From NCBI GenBank assembly GCA_045586685.1, contig JAZNAU010000021.1, positions 1-37,481 on the forward strand: DNA of 37,481 bases, given 5' to 3'. Positions 19,466 through 27,916 of the stretch are shown piece after piece; within the stretch, counting starts at the first letter, position 1; each line of letters opens with the position of its first letter. The notes beneath the pieces were generated by a model. The model was not told the origin of the DNA. It worked only from the letters and a program-made list of their open reading frames with translations, and ran no database searches. Position numbers and translations under genes: made by a program. The stretch comes from Clostridia bacterium (lineage in GTDB: Bacteria > Bacillota > Clostridia > HGM11514).

Positions 19466-20916
19466 TTAGAGCACTGCATGAAGCTTTGGTCAGAAAAAAA
19501 CTGTCGGCAGTTGAACTGACGGACAAGTATCTTTCTGCAATCAATTCCTATGATTCCGCTCTCAATTCCTATATTACGGTAACTGAAAGGGAGGCAAGAG
19601 CGACAGCCCGTTTGGTAGATAAAAAAATAGCCAACGGAGAGGAAATCGGTCTTTTAGAAGGGATTCCCATGTCTGTCAAAGACAATATTTCCACCAAAGG
19701 CATCATTACTTCTTGCGGCTCTAAAATGCTGAAGGATTATAAGCCTGTGTATGATGCCTATGCGGTGGAACAGCTAAGGCTTGAGGGAGCCGTTCTTTTG
19801 GGAAAAACCAATATGGATGAGTTTGGCATGGGTTCCACAGGGGAATCCTCCTATTATGGCGCCACAAGAAATCCGTATCACCGAAACTTCGTTTCAGGGG
19901 GGAGCTCGGGAGGTGCGGCGGTGTCTGTAGCGGCAGATTTGGCAGTGTTCGGGTTAGGCTCTGATACAGGCGGCTCAATTCGCCTGCCAGCCTCTTTTTG
20001 CGGTGTGGTGGGACTAAAACCCTCTTACGGAGCAGTTTCCCGATACGGCCTGATTGCTTATGCTTCCAGTCTTGACCAGATTGGTGTTTTGGGGAAGGAT
20101 ACAGAAGATGTGGCGATTGTGTTTGATAGAATTTCTAAAGCGGACTGTCGTGATTCTACCTGTCATAAACACAAAAGAAGTTCTGCGGTTTCGGAATTAG
20201 AAAAACCGTTAAAGGGAAGAAAAATCGGAGTGCTGACAGAACTGTTCCAAGGAGTATCTTCTGAATTAGAACAAAGCCTACAACAGGCAATAATACAATT
20301 TCGTTATCTGGGAGCGGAAATTGTTGAAGTTTCTGTTCCTGATAGTACGCTTTCTTTACCTGTGTATTATATTTTAGCATGCGGAGAATGTGCCTCCAAT
20401 CTGGCAAGGTTTGACGGTGTACGATACGGAGCCCGTGCAAAACATTTTGAAAGCATTGAAGAAATGATTGTAACCAGCCGAAATGAAGGCTTTGGTTTAG
20501 AAGTAAAACAGCGGATTATGATGGGAAATTACTTTCTTCGTTCTGCTAACTACGATGATTATTACAGAACAGCACAAAGGGTACGAGCCTCTCTTTGCAA
20601 AGATGTGGAGCAGTGTTTTGCAAAGGCGGACTTGCTCTTAAGCCCTACTGTCCATACATCTGCCTTTCCGTTAGGTGCCTTAAAGGATGCGGTCTCCCGT
20701 TATCAGACCGACCTTTGTACGGTACTTGCAAATTTGTGCGGTCTTCCGGCGGTAAGTGTTCCATGCGGAGTTGACAAAACAGGCTTGCCCTTTGGTTTAC
20801 AACTGATGGGAAACAAGTTCTGTGAGCACATTCTCCTAAACGCAGCCTATCAATACGAGCAGACAACAATAGAGAGCTGTAAGCCGAAGTTTGGAGGTGA
20901 CACCGTTGGAATATAA
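19462..20916 (+). CDS. gatA: Asp/Glu-tRNA amidotransferase subunit A
   Basis: VKDNI, GKTNMDEF, GGSSGG, GSDTGGSIR amidase signature, SNLARFDGVRYG. Confidence 0.95.
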   Translation: MIRALHEALVRKKLSAVELTDKYLSAINSYDSALNSYITVTEREARATARLVDKKIANGEEIGLLEGIPMSVKDNISTKGIITSCGSKMLKDYKPVYDAYAVEQLRLEGAVLLGKTNMDEFGMGSTGESSYYGATRNPYHRNFVSGGSSGGAAVSVAADLAVFGLGSDTGGSIRLPASFCGVVGLKPSYGAVSRYGLIAYASSLDQIGVLGKDTEDVAIVFDRISKADCRDSTCHKHKRSSAVSELEKPLKGRKIGVLTELFQGVSSELEQSLQQAIIQFRYLGAEIVEVSVPDSTLSLPVYYILACGECASNLARFDGVRYGARAKHFESIEEMIVTSRNEGFGLEVKQRIMMGNYFLRSANYDDYYRTAQRVRASLCKDVEQCFAKADLLLSPTVHTSAFPLGALKDAVSRYQTDLCTVLANLCGLPAVSVPCGVDKTGLPFGLQLMGNKFCEHILLNAAYQYEQTTIESCKPKFGGDTVGI

Positions 20917-22315
20917 AATGATTATTGGATTGGAAACTCATGTGGAGCTGTCTACCAAAACAAAGATTTTTTGCGGATGCCCTATCGCCTTCGGGGGAGA
21001 ACCTAATACCCGATGCTGTCCTGTGTGTACCGGTCAGCCGGGTGCTTTGCCTTTGTTAAATAAGGCTGTGGTGGAATATGGAATTAAGGCGGGACTTGCC
21101 TTGCATTGCAAAATAAATCACCAATCAACCATGGCTCGGAAACATTATGTGTATCCTGATTTGCCTAAAGGATACCAGATTACCCAACAGGAAAAACCCT
21201 TGTGCTATGACGGAACTATAACTTTATCCGACGGGACCAAAATCCGAATCAATCGGATACATATTGAAGAGGACGCGGGAAAGCTGATTTATAAGGACGA
21301 TGCCATTTTCATTGATTATAACCGTAGCGGAGTGCCCTTGATTGAAATTGTTACGGAGCCTGATTTTCGTTCAGTAAAACAGGTGCGGGAATATCTGGAA
21401 CAGCTGAGGCTTATTATGAAATATCTCCATGTTTCTGATTGCAAAATGCAGGAGGGGTCCTTGCGATGCGACGTGAATTTGTCTGTTTGTCCAAGGGACA
21501 GTGAAGAATTTGGGACACGGACGGAAATTAAAAATATCAATTCTCTGTCTTTTGTTGAAAAAGCCATTGAATCAGAATATAAGCGACAGGTCGCTTTATT
21601 GGAACAAGGAGAAAGAGTGGTTCAACAAACCATGCGGTATAATGAAGCAACCAACTGCGCAGAACCTATGCGTTTTAAGGAAGAAACAGAAGATTACCGT
21701 TATTTTTCAGAGCCTGATATCCCTGTATTGTTGATTTCTCAAGAACAAATTGATAAAATAAAAATGACTCTTCCCCAGCTTCCCGAGGAGAAACAAAACC
21801 GGTATTGTACGAAATGGGGACTTTCTGCACAGGACAGCAGACAACTGACCAAATATCAAAAAATTTCAGAATATTTTGAGAAAATGGTGCAGGAAACGGG
21901 AGAACCGAAGCTTTGTGCCAATGTCATACTGACCCATCTGTTTCGCTTTCTGAACAACGAGGAGGAAAAGGAACAGGCTGACTTTCCTCTTTCGTCCTTG
22001 GAATTTGCTGTTGTGGTCAATTTAATTGCCAAGGGAATTATTTCCAATCAGTTTATTAAACAAATAGTGGATACCATGGCAGAACAGAAACAACCTTTTG
22101 ATGCATTGTTTGACCCGTCGGAATTTATTGTTGACGAAAGTGAAACGGAAAAAGCCGTGATAGCCGTCATCGGTCAAAACAAAAAAATGGTTGCGGATTT
22201 TCAAGGGGGTAAGGAAAAAGCTCTGGGGGCTTTAATCGGTCAGGTAATGAGGGAAACAAAGGGTAAGGCAGATGCAAAAACCGTAGAAAAGAAATTAAGA
22301 GAAAAGTTAAAGTGA
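20906..22315 (+). CDS. gatB: Asp/Glu-tRNA amidotransferase subunit B
   Basis: IGLETHVEL, YPDLPKGYQITQ, HIEEDAGK, GSLRCDVN, DYRYF.EPD; TTG 20906 follows GGAGG. Confidence 0.95.
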   Translation: MEYKMIIGLETHVELSTKTKIFCGCPIAFGGEPNTRCCPVCTGQPGALPLLNKAVVEYGIKAGLALHCKINHQSTMARKHYVYPDLPKGYQITQQEKPLCYDGTITLSDGTKIRINRIHIEEDAGKLIYKDDAIFIDYNRSGVPLIEIVTEPDFRSVKQVREYLEQLRLIMKYLHVSDCKMQEGSLRCDVNLSVCPRDSEEFGTRTEIKNINSLSFVEKAIESEYKRQVALLEQGERVVQQTMRYNEATNCAEPMRFKEETEDYRYFSEPDIPVLLISQEQIDKIKMTLPQLPEEKQNRYCTKWGLSAQDSRQLTKYQKISEYFEKMVQETGEPKLCANVILTHLFRFLNNEEEKEQADFPLSSLEFAVVVNLIAKGIISNQFIKQIVDTMAEQKQPFDALFDPSEFIVDESETEKAVIAVIGQNKKMVADFQGGKEKALGALIGQVMRETKGKADAKTVEKKLREKLK

Positions 22316-22339
22316 GCACAGAACTTGTGCTCATTTTTT
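22313..22339 (+). terminator. Intrinsic terminator after gatB
   Basis: TGAGCACA-GAACT-TGTGCTCA + TTTTTT. Confidence 0.8.
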
Positions 22340-22340
22340 C

Positions 22341-22369
22341 TTGACATATTTTAAGGATAATGGTATAAT
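22341..22369 (+). promoter_or_regulatory. Sigma-A promoter of the Fur-family/metal ABC operon
   Basis: Perfect TTGACA-17-TATAAT with extended -10 TG. Confidence 0.88.
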
Positions 22370-22370
22370 A

Positions 22371-22385
22371 TGAGAGTAATTCTCA
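22371..22385. promoter_or_regulatory. Fur-family 7-1-7 operator over the predicted +1
   Basis: TGAGAGT-A-ATTCTCA near-palindrome, similar to TGAtAATnATTaTCA. Confidence 0.7.
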
Positions 22386-22401
22386 AATTCGGAGGAGAAA
22401 A

Positions 22402-22797
22402 ATGGCATACCAAACCAAACAAAAGCATTTATTATTGCAATTTTTACAAGAACATAAAAAAGAACAGTTGTCCATTGAGGAGATTGCAACTATGATGCAG
22501 TCGAAACTGGGAAAAAGTACGTTGTATCGTCTTATGAGTCAGTTAACCGATCAGGGAGAGGTGTTACGGTTTCGGGGTAATGACCAGAAATCTGTTCGGT
22601 ATCAGTTAGTGAGCCGTGAGGATGGATGCGACGGGCATTTCCATGCCCAATGCACTTCATGCGGAACCTTATTCCATCTGCATTGCGATTTTATGAAAGA
22701 TTTAGGGAGTCATATGGGACATCACCATCAATTTCAAATCAACCCATCACAAACTATTTTATATGGCACCTGTGAACGTTGCGGGAAGGAGGGATAG
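22402..22797 (+). CDS. Fur family transcriptional regulator
   Basis: STLYR HTH, HFHAQCTSCG and YGTCERC (HxH, CxxC, CxxC). Confidence 0.9.
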   Translation: MAYQTKQKHLLLQFLQEHKKEQLSIEEIATMMQSKLGKSTLYRLMSQLTDQGEVLRFRGNDQKSVRYQLVSREDGCDGHFHAQCTSCGTLFHLHCDFMKDLGSHMGHHHQFQINPSQTILYGTCERCGKEG

Positions 22798-22798
22798 C

Positions 22799-23668
22799 AT
22801 GAAAAAAGTTTTACTATTGCTTTTAGCTTTTGTCTGCCTCTTTCTTTCTGCTTGCCAGAAACCTCAAAAAACATCAGGAATTTCTGTGATTACCTCCAAC
22901 TTCCCCTTATATGATTTTGTTCGTGAAATTGGGGGAGAACAGGTGAATGTGACCATGCTCATAAAGCCGGGGGCGGAAAGTCATTCCTTTGAGCCCACTC
23001 CGAAGGATATGATTGCGATTGAAAAGGCGGATTTGTTTTTGTATATGGGCGGTGAGTCGGAGGCTTGGGTGAAAAGTCTGACAAAGAAAGGTGCTGTGGC
23101 AATGCTTGATTGGACAGAAGAACATGACGAACATGACCACGGGCATGATGAACATCTTTGGACTTCTCCCAAAAATGCCATGAAAATGGCGGAAACCATT
23201 TGCGGTGAATTGTGCCGTATAGACCCTGAAAATAAAGACGATTATATGAAAAATCTGAAGACATACCTTGATAAGTTGAACACTTTGGATCAACGGTTTT
23301 ATCATATTGTACAAAACGGAGAACGTCAAATAATCGTGTTTGGCGACCGTTTTCCCTTTTTCTATTTTGCAGAGGAATATGGGCTTTCCTATTTTGCTCC
23401 GTTCAAAGGCTGTGCCTCTCAAGCAGAGCCCAGTGCTTCTGTGTTGGCAGAACTGATGGAGACGGTGAAAACCAAAAAAATTCCTGTTGTGTTTTATCTG
23501 GAGCTGTCCAATCAGTCCATTGCAAAAGCCATTTCAGAGGCAACGGGAGCTGAAATAAAATTGTTCCATTCCTGTCATAATGTAAGTCTTCAGGAGTGGG
23601 AGGAGGGAGCCACTTATCTTTCTCTCATGAATCAAAATGCAGAGCGGTTAGAGGAGGCATTACATTGA
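22799..23668 (+). CDS. Metal (Zn/Mn) ABC transporter substrate-binding lipoprotein
   Basis: LSAC lipobox, GAESHSFEPTP, His-rich loop, DEHLWTSP. Confidence 0.9.
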   Translation: MKKVLLLLLAFVCLFLSACQKPQKTSGISVITSNFPLYDFVREIGGEQVNVTMLIKPGAESHSFEPTPKDMIAIEKADLFLYMGGESEAWVKSLTKKGAVAMLDWTEEHDEHDHGHDEHLWTSPKNAMKMAETICGELCRIDPENKDDYMKNLKTYLDKLNTLDQRFYHIVQNGERQIIVFGDRFPFFYFAEEYGLSYFAPFKGCASQAEPSASVLAELMETVKTKKIPVVFYLELSNQSIAKAISEATGAEIKLFHSCHNVSLQEWEEGATYLSLMNQNAERLEEALH

Positions 23669-24336
23669 TGATTGTAACATGCAAGGGAGTAAGTTTGGCA
23701 TATGAAAAACGTCTTGTTCTGTCAGACTTGTCTTTTTCAGTGGAGGAAGGAGATTATGTAGCTGTCCTAGGGGAAAACGGAGCAGGAAAAAGCACTTTGT
23801 TAAAGGGAATATTAGGATTGTTAAAGCCCGTAGCGGGAGAAATCTTATTGGAAATCCGAAGCAATCAAATCGGGTATCTTCCCCAGCAAACTGATATGCA
23901 ACGAAATTTCCCTGCATCTGTCGAGGAAATTGTGTTGTCGGGAAGACTGAATCAGAAAGGATGGTACCCTTTTTTTACAAAAAAGGACAAGCAAATGGCG
24001 GAACAGTCAATGGAACGTCTGGAAATTTTAGATTTAAAAAAGAGATGTTACCGCGAATTATCGGGAGGTCAACAGCAACGGGTGTTGTTGGCACGTGCCT
24101 TGTGTTCTGCCTCTAAATTATTGTTGCTGGATGAACCCACTTCAGGACTTGATATGGTTTCTACAGAAGAATTTTACCGACTGATTGGGCAATTAAACAG
24201 AGAGGGTATGACGGTGATTCTGGTTTCTCATGATATTCCTGCGTCCTTACGGTATGCCAATCGTGTTTTGAGTCTGGAACAGGACGGCATATTTTTTGGC
24301 AGAACAGAAGAATTTAGGGGAGGTGGTTGTGTATGA
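23668..24336 (+). CDS. Metal ABC transporter ATP-binding protein
   Basis: GENGAGKST, LSGGQQQR, LLDEP, VSHD. Confidence 0.92.
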   Translation: MIVTCKGVSLAYEKRLVLSDLSFSVEEGDYVAVLGENGAGKSTLLKGILGLLKPVAGEILLEIRSNQIGYLPQQTDMQRNFPASVEEIVLSGRLNQKGWYPFFTKKDKQMAEQSMERLEILDLKKRCYRELSGGQQQRVLLARALCSASKLLLLDEPTSGLDMVSTEEFYRLIGQLNREGMTVILVSHDIPASLRYANRVLSLEQDGIFFGRTEEFRGGGCV

Positions 24337-25145
24337 CGTTTGTGTCAGAAATGCTTTCGTATCCCTTTTTACAACGAGCGTTGATTGCCGGCTTACTGAT
24401 CTCTTTGTGTGCTGCACTGCTGGGAGTCAGTTTGGTATTAAAACGGTATTCTATGATAGGAGACGGACTTTCTCATGTGGGCTTTGGTGCCTTGGCGGTA
24501 GCAACGGCGGCAGGTCTTTCTCCTCTGGTTGTGACCATTCCTGTGGTAATGATTGGGGCGATATTGTTACTGAGATTGGGTGAATCCGATGCCATAAGCG
24601 GAGATGCGGCAACAGCGGTAGTGTCAACAGGGGCGCTGGCATTGGGGGTCATGGTGGTTTCTCTGACCTCTGGAATGAATACGGACGTGACCAACTACTT
24701 ATTCGGAAGTATTCTTGCCATGAGCCGTGAGGATGTGATATTAAGCATACTGCTTGGGTCGGTTTGCCTGATATTGTTTCTCCTTTGTTATCATCGGATT
24801 TTTGGTGTTACCTTTGACGAAACCTTCGCCCGTGCAACAGGGGTGAGAGTAGGCGGGTATAACTTATTGATTGCGGTTCTGACAGCGGTTACCGTTGTAC
24901 TGGGAATGAGAATGATGGGTGCTCTTCTTATTTCTGCCTGTATGATTTTTCCAGCTTTGACTGCTATGAGAGTTTGCAAAACCTTTCGCGGAGCCACTGT
25001 CATGGCGGTTTGCCTTTCCCTAATGTCTTTTTTGATTGGGTTGACCTTTTCATATCTTTATGCAGTTCCCACAGGGGCGGGAATTGTATTGGTCAGTGTA
25101 GGATTTTTTATTTTATTTTCTGTGATTGGTAAATTGAAAAAATAG
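24333..25145 (+). CDS. Metal ABC transporter permease
   Basis: IGDGLSHV, YLFGSIL, multi-TM ZnuB-type. Confidence 0.92.
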   Translation: MTFVSEMLSYPFLQRALIAGLLISLCAALLGVSLVLKRYSMIGDGLSHVGFGALAVATAAGLSPLVVTIPVVMIGAILLLRLGESDAISGDAATAVVSTGALALGVMVVSLTSGMNTDVTNYLFGSILAMSREDVILSILLGSVCLILFLLCYHRIFGVTFDETFARATGVRVGGYNLLIAVLTAVTVVLGMRMMGALLISACMIFPALTAMRVCKTFRGATVMAVCLSLMSFLIGLTFSYLYAVPTGAGIVLVSVGFFILFSVIGKLKK

Positions 25146-25150
25146 AACAT

Positions 25151-25206
25151 ACACAAAAAGCTTCTTTTTGGCATATACTATTTGCCGAAAGGAAGTTTTT
25201 TATTTT
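25151..25206 (+). terminator. Terminator of the metal ABC operon overlapping a SigK/SigE-type promoter
   Basis: AAAAAGCTTCTTTTTGGCA..TGCCGAAAGGAAGTTTTT hairpin; CACA-16-CATATACTA. Confidence 0.6.
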
Positions 25207-25225
25207 TGAGAAAGGCGAGATGATC

Positions 25226-27055
25226 ATGTGTTCTATTTGCGGAATGATAGAATTTGAACAAAAGAATAGATTGGACGCGGATGTACTGAATCAAATGGGC
25301 ATGACCATGAAACATCGGGGGCCTGACCAGACCAATGCGTTTTATAGTGAATTTGCCATGCTTCATCACAATCGGTTGTCCGTTATTGACCCTGAAAACG
25401 GGTTGCAACCCATGACAACAGAATGGCAGGGAAAGAAGTATACCATTGTGTACAACGGAGAGCTGTACAATACCTCCGAGCTTAGAGATGAGCTGTCCCG
25501 TTTAGGGGTGATTTTTAAAACCCACTGTGATACGGAGGTTGTGCTTTATTCTTACATTTTGTTTGGAGAAAAGAGTCCTGAAAAAATGAACGGCATCTTT
25601 GCCTTTGGAGTGTATGACGAGGGAAAGAAACAGCTCTTTTTGGCACGGGACAGAATGGGAGTAAAGCCTCTTTTTTACACCATGGCAGACTCAACCTTTT
25701 TATTTGCTTCTGAAATCAAGGCACTTTTGGCTCACCCTTTCGTTCAACCAAAAATTGACCATGTGGGACTATGGCAACTCTTATACTTAACCCCTGTTAC
25801 CATCGGGGGTAGCGGTGTGTTCCAAAATATTTTTGAAGTAAAGCCAGGATACTGCGGGGTATTTTCAGAGCAAGGTCTTCGCCTTCGCCCTTATTGGACA
25901 CTGGAAGCAAAGGAATGTCACGATACTCCTCATGAGGCGGCAATGCGGACACGGGAATTGTTGACAGATGCTATTTCCCGTCAGTTGATCAGCGACGTGC
26001 CTTTATGCACCTTCTTATCGGGAGGCTTGGATTCTTCGGTGATTACCTCGGTTGCCGCAGGGGAATACCGCCGTTATGGAGAGAGTTTATCCACCTATTC
26101 TTTTGAGTATGAAGGAAATAAAGAAAATTTTCAAAGCTCTCTGTTTCAGCCACAGGGGGATGATGAATTTGCTGTTTTTTTGGGAGAATGGTTGGGTACT
26201 TCCCATACCGTGTTGACCGCACCTACCTTGTCAGTTGCTCAAAAGCTTTTTGATGCTACTCTGGCACGGGATATCCCGGGTCAGGCGGATATTGACTCTT
26301 CGCTCCTGTATTTTTGCTCCAAGGTCAAGGAGGGGCATACAGTGGCATTGTCAGGAGAATGTGCGGATGAAATTTTTGGCGGATATCCTTGGTTTTACCG
26401 TCCGGGAATGTTATATCGTGATTTCTTCCCTTGGATTCATAATCCGAAGGCAAGGATTCAGTTGTTTGATGATAAAGTAGTAAAAGGGGAGGAAGGGTAT
26501 GATTATATATCCACCGTTTATCAGCAAAGTATTCGCGAATGTCAGACGTTGGATACCGATTCCTTTGAAGACCAGACCGCAAGAGTGGCAACCTGGCTTT
26601 CTGTCAGCTACTTTATGACCTCTTTGCTGGAACGAAAAGATAGAATGAGTATGGCAAACGGACTGGAAGTGAGGGTGCCTTTTTCAGATCACCGAATTTT
26701 GGAATATGTGTACAATGTGCCGTGGCGGATTAAGTTTGAAAATCAGACGGAAAAAGCACTCCTACGCAATGCTATGGCAGAATTTTTGCCTGATAAAATT
26801 TTGTATCGTAAAAAGAGCCCCTATCCCAAAACTCACAATCCTCTGTATCAAAAAACTGTTTCGGAACTCCTTCAGAAACGACTTGAGAAAAAGTCTGGGG
26901 TACTGCATCAACTGTTGGACACGAAAAAGCTTCAGGAGATGCTGGAGTCGGAAAATACCACATGGTTTGGGCAGTTAATGGCAACCCCGCAACTCATTGC
27001 ATGGCTCATTCAATTTGACTTCTGGTTTGAGCAGTATCATGTTCAAATCGTATAA
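25226..27055 (+). CDS. asnB: Asparagine synthase (glutamine-hydrolysing), AsnO-like
   Basis: N-terminal Met-Cys nucleophile, HRGPD, YNGELYN, LSGGLDSS, SGECADEIFGGYPWF, RKDRMSM, RKKSPYP. Confidence 0.92.
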   Translation: MCSICGMIEFEQKNRLDADVLNQMGMTMKHRGPDQTNAFYSEFAMLHHNRLSVIDPENGLQPMTTEWQGKKYTIVYNGELYNTSELRDELSRLGVIFKTHCDTEVVLYSYILFGEKSPEKMNGIFAFGVYDEGKKQLFLARDRMGVKPLFYTMADSTFLFASEIKALLAHPFVQPKIDHVGLWQLLYLTPVTIGGSGVFQNIFEVKPGYCGVFSEQGLRLRPYWTLEAKECHDTPHEAAMRTRELLTDAISRQLISDVPLCTFLSGGLDSSVITSVAAGEYRRYGESLSTYSFEYEGNKENFQSSLFQPQGDDEFAVFLGEWLGTSHTVLTAPTLSVAQKLFDATLARDIPGQADIDSSLLYFCSKVKEGHTVALSGECADEIFGGYPWFYRPGMLYRDFFPWIHNPKARIQLFDDKVVKGEEGYDYISTVYQQSIRECQTLDTDSFEDQTARVATWLSVSYFMTSLLERKDRMSMANGLEVRVPFSDHRILEYVYNVPWRIKFENQTEKALLRNAMAEFLPDKILYRKKSPYPKTHNPLYQKTVSELLQKRLEKKSGVLHQLLDTKKLQEMLESENTTWFGQLMATPQLIAWLIQFDFWFEQYHVQIV

Positions 27056-27119
27056 TAAGGGGTCGGTGCATTTTTCCACAACCCGTTAAAAAGGGGATAT
27101 CGTATTAAAAATAATTTTG

Positions 27120-27148
27120 TTGCATAAAGAGAGAAAGTATGGTATAAT
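27120..27148 (+). promoter_or_regulatory. Sigma-A promoter with no downstream protein gene
   Basis: TTGCAT-17-TATAAT with extended -10 TG. Confidence 0.75.
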
Positions 27149-27152
27149 GAAA

Positions 27153-27312
27153 TTGCGATACAAATTCATTTTTAAAGATCAGAGAATTCATTTGGTAAAA
27201 ATGCGTTCCCTGTTTTCCTCATACTCTGATCGGTTGGATGGATTTGTGTCGCAGCAGCGGGGAAACGTGTTTTTCGGTGCGTTGTCCTTGGGATAACGCA
27301 CCTTTTTATTTT
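27153..27312 (+). ncRNA. Putative structured small RNA of unknown family
   Basis: Starts at the predicted +1; 18-bp stem 27153-27170/27237-27254, inner 8-bp stem, ends in an intrinsic terminator; no ORF with an RBS. Confidence 0.55.
27276..27312 (+). terminator. Intrinsic terminator
   Basis: GGTGCGTTGTCC-TTG-GGATAACGCACC + TTTTTATTTT. Confidence 0.85.
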
Positions 27313-27412
27313 GAGTTCCTTTGCTGCGATGTAAAATTCATATTTTAGGAAAGGAGGAGAGAAAGGTAGTTGCATTGACTGAAAAATGCAAACTCCTTGT
27401 TGCGACACAAGT

Positions 27413-27443
27413 AAAAAAGGGACTGGCGTGTTGCAGTCCCTTT
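27413..27443 (-). terminator. Terminator of gltX-yfcE (possibly bidirectional)
   Basis: AAAAAAGGGACTG..CAGTCCCTTT. Confidence 0.75.
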
Positions 27444-27451
27444 CAACTATT

Positions 27452-27916
27452 TTAACATTCTATGATTGCCCCTTTTGCAATGCCCTTTTCGATTTCAATT
27501 ACACCGTAGGAGGCACGTCCGTCACGAGGACGGGAAATACTTCCGGGATTTAAGAAAGTGACCCCGTCTGTTTCTGTCAGAAGGGAACGGTGGGTGTGAC
27601 CGAACAGGACGAAGGAACAACCCTGTTTTTTTGCCTTGCTGAGCATTTCCTGTCTTGTCATGGAATGACCATGAGTACAGAGCATTCTGACTCCGTCAAC
27701 TTCCCCTTGTGTAATGGTAGGCAAGGGGGAAAACCAATCATTGTTTCCCTTTACAGACAGAAAGGGAATTTGGGGATAAAACCCCTGTAATTCCTCACAG
27801 TCTGTTACCGTATCTCCCAAATGAATCACCATAGAAATTTCCCCAAGTCCCGGCAATACCCGAAGACAAGGGTGGATGTTGCCATGGGTATCTGAAAAAA
27901 TCACAATCCGTTTCAT
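27452..27916 (-). CDS. YfcE-type metallophosphoesterase
   Basis: SDTHG, HLGD, VKGNND, THGH, FGHTH, NPGS motifs. Confidence 0.92.
   Translation of the reverse strand: MKRIVIFSDTHGNIHPCLRVLPGLGEISMVIHLGDTVTDCEELQGFYPQIPFLSVKGNNDWFSPLPTITQGEVDGVRMLCTHGHSMTRQEMLSKAKKQGCSFVLFGHTHRSLLTETDGVTFLNPGSISRPRDGRASYGVIEIEKGIAKGAIIEC

Noticed and set aside
23119-23154. Short tandem repeats (GAACATGAC)
   Set aside because: They simply encode the His/Asp/Glu metal-binding loop of the ABC binding protein
25226-27055. Lasso-peptide cyclase acting on the 18870 peptide
   Set aside because: The glutaminase domain with N-terminal Cys is intact, and there is no leader peptidase or RRE gene nearby
27072-27080. DnaA box TTTTCCACA
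   Set aside because: Single copy with no cluster or origin-linked genes; could occur by chance
27177-27260. T-box riboswitch (AGAGA and GGTAA loop resemble distal stem I)
   Set aside because: No TGGNACC T-box bulge before the terminator and no downstream gene
27172-27408. 78-aa minus-strand ORF and 31/36-aa plus-strand ORFs as type I toxins
   Set aside because: No RBS, no hydrophobic helix, and they run through terminator hairpins
27150-27410. CRISPR array
   Set aside because: Repeats are degenerate, irregularly spaced and partly inverted, and no cas genes are in the window
27416-27427. SAM riboswitch fragment (AGGGACTGGC)
   Set aside because: It is one arm of the yfcE terminator; other S-box elements are absent
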